Source: Macrostomum lignano (lineage: Eukaryota). From it: a DNA stretch of 64,000 bases. Location of the stretch: the NCBI GenBank assembly GCA_002269645.1, contig NIVC01000236.1, positions 186,001 to 250,000 of the forward strand. Direction: 5' to 3'. Positions 24,091 to 34,915 of the stretch are shown here, piece by piece. The notes beneath the pieces are model-generated. The model saw only the letters and a list, made by a program, of their open reading frames with translations, did no database searches and was not told where the DNA came from. The position numbers and the translations under genes were made by a program. Numbering within the stretch: position 1 is the first letter of the stretch; each line of letters opens with the position of its first letter.

Positions 24091-24119
24091 AGGCGGGCGG
24101 CACTCGCAGCTGGCCCACC

Positions 24120-24576
24120 TTAGAGCGCCTCGGGCTCATCCGAGTCCCAGCCGTTGTCCTTGATGAGGTGCGCTAGCTCGATGATGAACTTGCCCTCCTT
24201 GTAGCGCTGCGAGCTCTCAAAGGCGCGCTCGTACTTCCAGCCTAGGACGGTACGGCAGCCCTGGCACTGGATGTCAGCCACGCTGTGCAGCCCGTGAGCA
24301 GCTGGCGGTCCTCCGCTGGCCCGGCCGTCACGTTGACCACCCGGTCGAACAGGTAGGCCCGGCCCTGGCTGCCCTGGAAGCTCTTGCTGATGAGGTCGGC
24401 GTGGGCGGCCAGGTGGGCCCGGCAGTGCACGCAGGCGTAGGTGCGGGCCCCGCCAGGCGAGCCTGGACTGCTGCTGAGGTACACCTGGAAGGTTTTGGTG
24501 CCGCCGACGGAGCCGGAGCTCGTGGAGGAACCGGCAGGGCCGGGCGAAGCGCCCGAGGACGACTGGACGCTGGGAC
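24120..24576 (-). CDS. YPEL: Yippee-like zinc-binding protein (YPEL1/2/3 type); 1-nt frameshift at ~24290; start codon not located
   Basis: [34 protein letters not shown] and VVNV lie in one frame; [44 protein letters not shown] lies in the next. Expected GGC CTG CAC reads GGCTGCAC. Acceptor ccgcag|GT at 24576. Confidence 0.88.
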
Positions 24577-24604
24577 CTGCGGACCGGGAAAGTGCGTAGA
24601 GATG

Positions 24605-24850
24605 TGCATATAATCCAACTGAGATGTTTACCTAATCCCACTGAGATGTTCACCTAATCCCACTGAGATGTGTACCTAATCCCACTGAGATGTGTACCTA
24701 ATCCTACTGAGATGTGTTACCTAATCCCTTTGAGATGTGTACCTAATCCCACTGAGATGTTCACCTAATCCCACTGAGATGCGTACCTAATCCTACTGAG
24801 ATGTGTTACCTAATCCCACTGAGATGTGTACCTAATCCCACTAAGATTTT
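24605..24850. repeat. 22-bp intronic minisatellite (taatcccactgagatgtgtacc)
   Basis: About 11 copies starting ~30 bp from the YPEL acceptor. Confidence 0.92.
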
Positions 24851-25199
24851 TACCAAGGACCACTAGGAACACTTCGATATGGCCTAGTCTATAGTAGTCC
24901 TTGATTTTTATCCACAAATTTGTACCTTAATCCCACTAATCCCACTGAGATTAAAATTTTTACGAAGTCATTCTAGCTTTTATTTGTATTTTAACTTCAA
25001 TTTTGGACTGTGCATGGGGAGACTACAATGCTGCACCATCCTATTGTGCACACAGGTGACCCCTTGAAAGAACCAGCTGGGGCAAATCAATGTCGGGCCG
25101 GTCTTCCTACTCCTTCGAGACAGAATCTCTGAGCTGCCCACGCAAAGCAAACAGAAGATAGCGCACGCGCATGCGCTCCAAATCTACGACTCACTTGGC

Positions 25200-25800
25200 G
25201 GCTCCAGGGCGAGGTCTCAGATGACAGTCCCGAGAAGTGCCGGTTTGGATGAAGGATCACGGATGAGGGTGGCTCTGGCGGCCCGAACGCTTAAAAGTGC
25301 ATTCAGGTTGGCTAGGCGATCTCAGTCCCTTTCTATCCCCTTCAGTTGAGCTGCAGGTAAGCCGCCGAGGCAGTCGGGGAGCGGCACCGGCCTGTCCGCA
25401 AGCAGCCCAGCTTGGCAAGCAAAGCGGCGTTTTCCACCTTATAAAGGCGGCGACGCCAACCAGCGATAATGAAAATGGCTAGATGGTGGGGAGAGGATCC
25501 CGGATGGCGAGGGGGCGTGCGGATTTTGCGCGAATGCAAGCAGAGGTACACCGGCCGGGATAGAAGCAGAGACGGGGAGACGAGTTTTGGGAGAGAGCGC
25601 GCAGGAGGGCAGAGAGAAGCCCGACCGGCAGGGGCGCAAAAGCAGGCAGAACAGCGAAGGCGACTGCGGGAAAGAGCGGACGGAGTAGTTGAGAAACGGA
25701 CGGCGCAGGCAGGGACTCGGGGGATCGGCTTGGGGCGGGGCGAGCCGATCAGCTGACTCGGGGGTGAGGGGAGAAACAAGGCCGAGAGTCCAGACGGAGA
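25200..25800 (-). promoter_or_regulatory. CpG-island-like 5' region of YPEL (probable untranslated exon with donor CCAA|GTGAGT at 25195)
   Basis: High CpG density and a strong donor consensus. No convincing ORF. Confidence 0.4.
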
Positions 25801-26239
25801 GAGTGAAGACGGGAGAAATTTCCCAATCTCCCCCACCCCGACTGTTCTCTCCCTGACCGGCTCAAATGCTTCTCTTTTTGGGTTTCATTCTTGAAGGACT
25901 TGGACTGCTCAAGCAATAGAAATAGGGCTGCAGAGCCCTGGACCGATCTTCCCTGTGAGCTCGCGCGCACTCGAAAGCTCCTTCCATTGCTTGACAGTGC
26001 CAGCAGTTGAGTACTCGTACGATTATTTGCACTTGCGCGAACTTTTCTTTCACTTTCCTGAAATGCTAATCACTGTATAATACGATGGAATCTTCATTCT
26101 TCAGGCAAGGAAGGGCAAAAGGCAATTAACAATTACTGATAAACCGAAGCTTTTCGAGCCCAGCTCAAACTCGAATTTTGTGCAGAATCACTCGTAGCAT
26201 GGATACCATACTCAGTTTGAGTTCAGTTCGCTAAGAATT

Positions 26240-26705
26240 CTTTCACTGAGCGCTGCTGTCCCCCACCGATGCTTCAGTGAGCGCCGCTGCCCCCCACCGA
26301 TGCTTCAGTGAGCGCCGCTGTCCCCCACCGATGCTTCAGTGAGCGCCGCTGTCCCACACCGATGCTTCAGTGAGCGCCGCTGCCCCCCACCGATGCTTCA
26401 GTGAGCGTCGCTATCCCCCACCGATGCTTCAGTGAGCGCCGCTATCCCCCACCGATGCTGCTTCAGTGAGCGCCGCTATCTCTCACCGATGCTTCAGTGA
26501 GCGCCGCTATCCCCCACCGATGCTGCTTCAGTGAGCGCCGCTGTCCCCCACCGATGCTTCAGTGAGCGCCGCTATCTCTCACCGATGCTTCAGTGAGCGC
26601 CGCTGTCCCCCACCGATGCTTCAGTGAGCGCCGCTGTCCCCCACCGATGCTTCAGTGAGCGCCGCTGTCCCCTACCGATGCTCCACAGTGAGCGCCACTA
26701 TCTCT
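26240..26705. repeat. 31-bp minisatellite (cagtgagcgccgctgtcccccaccgatgctt)
   Basis: About 14 copies, with CpGs retained. Confidence 0.95.
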
Positions 26706-27414
26706 CTTAATTCAGCTATAGAATACGAGCGTAATGAGGCCTGACAAACAGCGACATTGGCAATAAGTTATGAATAATCCTTTGATTTTGGGCCAGGAAG
26801 ATAAATCAATAATTAGAAGCATCTTTATAATATATATTTTTTTATATTACTTGTCTCCCGAATCGACACTTGACATGGAAATACGGTAGCGAATTGTGGC
26901 TATTCCGGCGTATTCAGTACACAGAGTAAGCAAATTTTAAATCACACGCATACTACTCTAAATAGCTATCATAGGACCTTGAAAACGACGATTAAGGAAT
27001 GATTTTTGGGCGATAATTAAAATTCTTGGCTTCTAATGGGAGACCTTCGAGATGGTCCGCAGTTAGGGTCGATTCTCGCGGCAGTGCAACGCTGAATCTG
27101 CGGTCAGGTCGGCAACAAGTTTTGCGTGTCGCAGTAAAAAATCCCGACAACAGCACAGCGCACTTGGGTTGGTCGCAATTAATTAATTAAAAACGGAAAT
27201 GCGGATCTGTAAAAATAATAACTTCAAAGCAATTGTTCGCCAAGACGGCTGTCAAGTTGACCAGTTGAGAGCTGAAGCTAATTAAAAAGCAATCAGCCCA
27301 CCAAATGTAAAACACATTGCGGCCCAGACGGGGGGTGGGGGTGGGGGTTACAATATGACGGAATCAGTAAGCTTGGGGTGTGAAAGCATTTAGCTGCACT
27401 GTGAGCTGGTGAGG

Positions 27415-27442
27415 AGACAGACAGACAGACAGACAGACAGAC

Positions 27443-27491
<49 letters not shown>

Positions 27492-27539
27492 GACAGACAG
27501 AGACAGACAGACAGACAGACAGACACAGACAGACAGACG

Positions 27540-27599
<60 letters not shown>

Positions 27600-27630
27600 C
27601 AGACAGACAGACGGACGGACAGACAGAGAG
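27415..27630. repeat. (AGAC)n microsatellite
   Basis: Direct reading. Confidence 0.95.
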
Positions 27631-28134
27631 ACACTAAGAAACAGTGAATCGGGAGCAGGGAATACTGGGTGCGCAGCATGCCATGTGAGCAGTACAATCG
27701 AGGCGTGCATTCAGTTATCGAAGACAATTAGACCCTGGAGTCGCTAGTCAAATATTAATTCCTATTCAGAGCTGTGCGACTAACTGAGGGCAAGACAAAA
27801 CAGAGAATTCAATAAATAAGGAAAGCTATTAATATGACAGTGGAGCCCAGTATAAGCATGCAGTTACCGCACTGGCAGGTTAAATAAAATCGCATGGTGC
27901 CGGACAGTTCAAAAGTGCCGGTGTAGAATTTATAGAGCAGAGCGGGTCCCGGCACGAGATAACTCATAGTGCCTAATACTGCCAGGCCCGCAAATGTTGG
28001 ATAGAATTTCTAGCAGTCGAAATGACTAGCCAGCCCTACTTTCCCTATACTCTTTGAATTGGAAATCTTCTTAGATAAGCATAAAATCCCACTGGATGTC
28101 GCGTGGATGTATAATTAAAGTCTTCTAGCTCGTA

Positions 28135-28500
28135 GATGATAAAATCTCTCTCAGATGTTAAAATCCCAAAACTCTCTCAGATGTTAAAATCCCAAAACTC
28201 TCTCAGATGTTAAAATCCCAAAACTCTCTCAGATGTTAAAATCCCAAAACTCTCTCAGATGTTAAAATCCCAAAACTCTCTCAGATGTTAAAATCCCAAA
28301 ACTCTCTCAGATGTTAAAATCCCAAAACTCTCTCAGATGTTAAAATCCCAAAACTCTCTCAGATGTTAAAATCCCAAAACTCTCTCAGATGTTAAAATCC
28401 CAAATCTCTCTAAGATGTTAAAATCCCAAAACTCTCTCAGATGTTAAAATCCCAAATCTCTCTCAGATGTTAAAATCCCAAATCTCTCTCAGATGTTAAA
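28135..28500. repeat. 26-bp minisatellite (gatgttaaaatcccaaaactctctca)
   Basis: About 14 copies starting ~70 bp downstream of the HACD3 stop. Confidence 0.95.
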
Positions 28501-28568
28501 ATTCCTTAAAATCAGGATTTTAGACCCCAGAAATGAGATCCTAACGCCCAGCACACGGTCCGGCGGCT

Positions 28569-31500
28569 TCACTTGGCCTTCTTCTGCTGCACGCGCCCCC
28601 CGGCGCCGTCGCCGCTGTCCAGCCCCAACGCGCGCCGCTGATTCCGGCCGGACAGGAAAGGCAGGAGGCCCCACCGGCTGAACTGGGAGCGCGGATTGGC
28701 GCCGAATTTCTTCTTCCGCTGCGCGTACATGTGGCTCATAAGGGCGTAGGCGCCGACCAGGAAGCCCACCATGTACACCCGCAGGAACAGCGAGAAGTCG
28801 AAGGACATGTTGAACTTGTTAGGCAGCTCCACGCTGTACCAGCGCTCCTCCATCACCCGCGGCAAAGCGGCCAGCATCACCAGGCCTTCCAGCACGAAGC
28901 CTAGCGGGTAAAGCGGAATCCACATCGTGTAGCGCAGCCAGGTGACGAGGCCGGACTCCTGGCCCAGCACGGCCAGGATGTAGTAGGGGTAGCGGACCAC
29001 CTCCACTGCCGACCAGGTCACAGCCAGCCAGAGCACCGGCTCCATGCGCTGCAGCTCTTCGTATGGCAGCACCAGCATGAATAGGATCATGCCGCGGCCG
29101 AATACCTGCGATTAATGAATGTTCTTACGTGTAGAATAGGTTGCATAGCAACTGGGTCGCAAGGACAATTGATATTTTCTAGGATGTAAAAACCTTACAA
29201 TGGGAGAGATAGGGAAAACTGACAATGGGAGAGATAGGGAAAACTGACAATGGGAGAGATAGGGAAACCTGACAATGGGAGAGATAGGGAAACCTGACTA
29301 TGGGAGAGATAGGGAAACCTGACAATGGGAGAGATAGGGAAACCTGACTGTGGGAGAGATAGGGAAACCTGACTATGGGAGAGATAGGGAAACCTGACTA
29401 TGGGTGAGATAGGGAAACCTGAAAATTCAGAATGCAGGAGGTAGCAGGCGAATAAGCAAGGATTCCAATGCTCCAGATCTGCACAAGGGTGAGATCAGAC
29501 AAGATTAAGATACGTACATGGTGAGATCAGACACAGATTGAGATATGTGCATGGTGAGATCAGACACAGCTTGAGACATGGACATGGTGAGATCAGACAC
29601 AGATTGAGATATGCGCATGGTGAGATCAGATACAGATTGAGATATGTACATGGTGAGATCAGACACAGATTGAGATATGTACATGGTGAGATCAGACACA
29701 GATTGAGATATGTACATTGTGAGATCAGACACAGATTGAGATGTGTACATGGTGAGATCAGACACAGATTGAGATATGTACATTGTGAGATCAGACAGAT
29801 TAAGATATGTATACATGGTGAGATCAGACACAGATTGAGATATGCGCATGGTGAGATCAGACACAGATTGAGATATGTACATGGTGAGATCAGTCACAGA
29901 TTAAGATATGTATACATGGTGAGATCAGACACAGATTGAGATATGCGCATGGTGAGATCAGACACAGATTGAGATATGTACATTGTGAGATCAGACAGAT
30001 TAAGATATGTATACATGGTGAGATCAGACACAGATTGAGATATGCGCATGGTGAGATCAGACACAGATTGAGATATGTACATGGTGAGATCAGACACAGA
30101 TTGAGATATGTACATTGTGAGATCAGACAGATTAAGATATGTATACATGGTGAGATCAGACACAGATTGAGATATGCGCATGGTGAGATCAGACACAGAT
30201 TGAGATATGTACATGGTGAGATCAGTCACAGATTAAGATATGTACATGGTGAGATCAGACACAGCTTGAGGTATGTACACGGTGAGATCAGACACAGATT
30301 GAGAATATGTACATGGTGAGATCAGACACAGCTTGAGAATATGTACATGGTGCGACAAGCTAAAACAGAAGGTCATAGATAGACAATGGACAAATGCCAG
30401 TCACAACAGATGTTCATGGCTCAGCAGCTGCAACTCTCTAGCTCACCTGCATGCCGGTGGCCAGCACGCCGGAACGAACCCAGCCGAGGGCGGCGTTGAG
30501 AATCTCCAAGCTGGCGGCCAGCTGCACCATGCAGAGCTGCGGCCGGATGCTCGCGAACGCCTCCTGCCGCTGGGCCTGGGGGAGACAGAAAAGAAGCTGG
30601 TGGATATTTACAGATGCCGCGCCATCTACCCATCTGTCTACCATCCCCTTGTCTCCCCTTGTCAGCGCTTTCTTTGTCTATCCTTCCTCTTTCCTCTAAC
30701 GTTGCCTGGGGTTCATAAAAAATTCCCACTATCTGTTTCAGTTTCGCATAGTTATCTCTCCCATTATAACAATCATGTCACCTTAGAGCCGGCCCGCAGG
30801 TAGCTGTACAGAGACACGTGAAACACGTAGCAGAAGCCGACCCACTGGAACATGTTGTACAGAAACAGGTAGAGCTTGAGCGGGCTGCGGAATACGGCAA
30901 AGAATTTGTCCATGTCCTTCGACACCGCGTCGCGAATTCGATCGTCGTCGCGTCGACGCCGCGACGACGGGGCGGGCGAATCGTCCGAGTCCCACTTGGG
31001 GAAGGGCGGCTCCTCCTGCTCGGAGTCGTCCGAGAACTGCATGTGATCGAAGTTCACCTTGATCCACGGCTCGCGCTGCTTGGCGCTGGTGAGGCGCGGC
31101 CAGATCTCGCTGCTTTCCTTCATCAGGTGGAATTCCACGCATTTCTCTTTCACCTGAGGGCAGCCGGAGTGTATGGGTGTATAATATCCCGCGAACTTTT
31201 GCCTACACTGAAACATTCGCTGACTGGCAGTTGTTCTGCTGCTGACGCCTAATTTAGCAAACATTTGCCATTCACCATGATACGTTGGCTTTGAAAACGA
31301 CCTCACACGAAACAGACCGCTGATTAAGTATTGATGCAGCCCGTTCCTGACACTACATAAACATATTGTAACTAATATTCGCTTTGGAAGAATACTTCTG
31401 CAACTACTGCAAACACGCTGCAAGCAACCGCTCCCGCACAGGCAGTTGCAGCACTTCAAAATCCAAAAAGCAGTCAAGAAAGGCACTTGTCCTCCCAGTC

Positions 31501-32013
31501 AGAGTCTTTGTGACGCGAGCAGCTCAGAATCCATCCAAGAGCTCACTCTCAGGAAAAGAAACACTGTAATCTCATTCTTAAGCAATTAGGAAATCTTAGC
31601 CTAGGGATGACAACTACCTCAGAAATCTTCGGGCATGAGCAGCTGAGTATTCTACAATCTACAGGCTAGGGCCCTAGGCTCAGGATCTCAGCTTTAAAGG
31701 TTTATTGCACCGCTCCATAAAATTAGCAATTCACAAATCGCACGAGAAAGCTGTACTTCATTACCTTCCAGGAGCTCAGCTTGCGCTGCACCGGCAGATA
31801 CAGATCGATTTCAAACTGATACACATTGTTGCCATGACAACCATAACCTTTGGCAAAGAATGTCAGCCGACCCTCGTCCAAGTTAATAATGGGGTCCGTG
31901 ACGCCCTGCAGCTGCACAGTGAGGTACAGATTCTGGTCCTTCTGGCCCCACAGAACAAACGGGTGCAGCACTTTGCGGTCAACGGCCGAAGCGCCATTGG
32001 ATTCTTGCGTCAT
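28569..32013 (-). CDS. HACD3: Very-long-chain 3-hydroxyacyl-CoA dehydratase 3 (CS domain + PTPLA domain; exons 32013-31765, 31153-30782, 30575-30447, 29105-28569)
   Basis: N-terminal CS domain VLHPFVLWGQ..LYLTVQL..FFAKGYGCHGNNVYQF. Also YLFLYNMFQWVGF, WSAVEVVRYPYY, WLRYTMWIPLYPLGFVLE (catalytic Tyr-x6-Glu) and HMYAQRKKK. All three introns are phase-0 GT-AG. Confidence 0.95.
29195..29425. repeat. 25-bp intronic minisatellite (gacaatgggagagatagggaaacct)
   Basis: About 9 copies in HACD3 intron 3. Confidence 0.93.
29480..30350. repeat. 33-bp intronic minisatellite (acatggtgagatcagacacagattgagatatgt)
   Basis: About 26 copies with recurring variant blocks in HACD3 intron 3. Confidence 0.95.
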
Positions 32014-32323
32014 GCCTGACAAAACTTAATAGCTCGATCGATTCGATTGATTGCCTATCAATAGTTGACAGTTCCGCCTGCAAGCTGATCCGTTAGTTTA
32101 AAAACATAAATCAAAAGTTTAAATAGTTGAGTTTATTTGACAGCTACTCGAGCTGTGCTCAGCTTGAATACAAAGGTCCCGATGAGCCGACTACCAATTA
32201 GCGAGCCTTTGAGATGTCTCTCTCTGCCTACTTGCTGGATAGTCCTGGGTAGAGAAAGGGAAGGCGAGGAGAAGAGTTGAGGACAGCTTCATTAAGGTTA
32301 CAAAGATCGAAGCGCGCAGGCCT

Positions 32324-32337
32324 GTTGTCATAGTAAC
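32324..32337. promoter_or_regulatory. RFX X-box-like motif upstream of HACD3
   Basis: GTTGTCATAGTAAC fits the GTYNYCATRGNAAC consensus ~310 bp upstream of the ATG. A CCAAT lies nearby (agccaatag ~32430). Confidence 0.5.
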
Positions 32338-33655
32338 AGATGGATAGGCTAATTGGGAAGGGACAGATTGTGTCGAAGGTAAACTGCAACTATTGCAGGC
32401 TAAGTACAGGCAAATAGATGACAGCTCACAGCCAATAGCGCAGTCATAGACTCAGCAAAGCAGCAGGTCTACAACCAAGACCATGCTCATAGAGAAGCGC
32501 ATGCCACGCATTTGTACAACTGATAATAGAACAAACCCCTAAAGCTCACTGAATCACTACTTAGATCACTATGGTCATCTTCATGGCTAAAATTCATCAG
32601 TGGTATACTGGTTGCTGCTCAACAGAGTGTGCACATTGTCTCAAAGTAAAAGGGGCCTAAGCTAATGAAGATATGCAAGTATGGCAAGAAGTGTATGAGC
32701 TGCAATAGCAACTATAGAAAGGATGAGTGCATAGCAATAGATAAGTAGAACAGCAACTGCAACAGGCCAAACCACTGCTGCTGTATAAAGAAACAGGCAA
32801 TGGTCAGCAAGGACATAAACATAAACTAGCAAGTCACCAACAAATATTAAACTGTGGCCAATATAATCAAGTTTTCAATTCTACAACAAGTCTAAACAGT
32901 AGTGCCTTAATGTTAGTAATCAGCTTATCAACTTCAAGAGTTCAATGGCATGGCATATAGTCCAAGGAAACATATTACTAACATGGCTTATGGTCTATAG
33001 TGAATCATTCATTTGTGATCTATTGAACAAATGCTTTTGCTTATGTCCAAGGGAAAAATGGCCTAAGTCTTTCTACATTGTTGATGGCAATATGAGCCTT
33101 CTTAGCTATCTAAAATTATAGAATAATGACTAAAGAAGGTTTAGTTTCTACTAATAGATAGTTATAAAGATTATTCATTATATCAAACTTATATAATAGC
33201 ATCTAGTATACAAATTCTTAGCTTGACCTACTATAGCTTTTTGCTAAAACTTCAAATAAAAAAGTATAAAAAATGATATTAGCCTAATTAGGATCAAATA
33301 TTAAATATTAAGTACTTTATAAACTAATTAGCTTATAAAGATACTCAACAAATGTATAACATTCTATATGTTATATGTATACTTACGTATACTATCTACT
33401 CTATTTAGGAATGAGAGGGCCCCATTTTTTGTATCAATTTATCTTCTTATATACTTTTCATCATTCCATTTATTTTTTGAGTATATTCAAGTTATATATA
33501 AATTTTAGCCCTAGCCTCATTTATTAAGAGGATTATTTTTTTTGCAAAAAAGTATATAGTTATTTCTCTGTCTAGGGAAAATATGTTGGTTTTTTTCTAT
33601 TTATTTGGCTTATAGCTCAGAACAATCTCCTACTAAAGACTACTAAGACTATATA

Positions 33656-34915
33656 TAAGGGTTGTTCTAAAAGTTTATGGACAATTTTTTTCCAAATGAA
33701 AGGCAGTTAAGTCACCATACTTTAGGCCATAGACAGCACTTATGACCCACAACTTTTAATAACAGTGTGATCAACTATGCTTATATTATTTTTACAGCAG
33801 TCATTTAAGTTACCCACTATTTTTGGCACTATGGAAAAAATGAAAAAGCCAAGCAAAGCATAATTTGGTTTTTATGGAAAGAAGGGAAGCAATAGGCTGA
33901 TATTGTTTGTGAGTTGCATGCAGCATATGATAAAGATGCCCCCTCAAAGTCAATGGTCAGCAAGTGGGTGCAGCGCTTTGAGGATGGCTGGGAGACAGTC
34001 AAAGATCTGCCACGCAGTAGAAGGCCAGCCACCACAGTCAACATGTTCAACATTGAATGCGTGCATCAGGCACTTGATGTCAACTGCCAGATCACCATTA
34101 GTAGTTCACAAAATTCTCATGGCCAAGCTTGGGATATTGCGAGTTGTTGCTCATTGGGTCCCAGAGCTTCTGATAGATGATCAGCAACACAAGTGGGTCT
34201 ATGCATGTCAGTAGCTCCTGCAGGCCTAACTGCAATGACCCAAACTTTTTGGATTGAATTGTGACTAGGGATGAGTCGTGGATCTATTACAGTGAACCAG
34301 AGTCCAAGATGCAGAGCAATGTCTAGAAGGCAGCTAGAGAACCCACCCTAGTGAAGGCCCTGGCTGTACCATTGGCTAGAAAGCAGATAGCCACAATCTT
34401 CTAGGACAAGGAGGGCATCCTGCTCATTGACTGGCTTCTATATGGCACTACTATTACCAGTGCTTATTATATCCAAGTGCTAGAGAAATTGCCTGAAGCT
34501 ATCAAGACTGAGCACCAGGGCAAGCTAACCAGGGGGATCCTGCTGTAGCAGGACAATGCCAGGCCCCAAACCAACCAAACAGCAATGGCTGCCATCTTTA
34601 GGCTGGGCTTTGAGCTGCTGCTGCACCCACTCTATTTGCCAGACCTAGCACTAAGCAACTGTTTATGCAGATGAAGAAGTCAGTCCAAGGTTACCATTAT
34701 GGCAGTATTCAGGCCCTAGCCTCTACCGACAGCCAGTGGGTCAGAAGTACCCCCCAAAGAATTCTTTGCTGCAGGGATTGAAAAGCTACCTAAGTGCTGC
34801 ACAAGTATGTATGCCTCGAGGGCACATATTGAAAAGGTCAATGACTAAGGTTTTCAGTTTTGCTACTTTTTTAACAATAGTTCATGTTTGTCTACAAACT
34901 TTTGGAACAACCCTT
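33656..34915 (+). mobile_element. Full-length but dead Tc1/mariner (mariner-type) transposon
   Basis: 28-bp TIRs (33657-33684 / 34888-34915). Decayed transposase motifs: SKWVQRFEDG, WVP, VT(R)DESWIY, F*DKEGILLIDWL, QDNARP and HPLYLPDLALSN (=HPPYSPDLAPSD). Confidence 0.93.

Noticed and set aside
22908-24123. 394/395-aa ORFs (GRRAE / GGELK repeats)
   Set aside because: These are translations of a 15-bp minisatellite that lacks stops. They have no unique coding flanks and lie inside a predicted intron antisense to YPEL.
31826-31839. X-box-like GTTGCCATGACAAC in HACD3 exon 1 (also GTTGCCATGGCAAT at ~1118)
   Set aside because: Both simply encode Cys-His-Gly-Asn, so coding constraint explains them.
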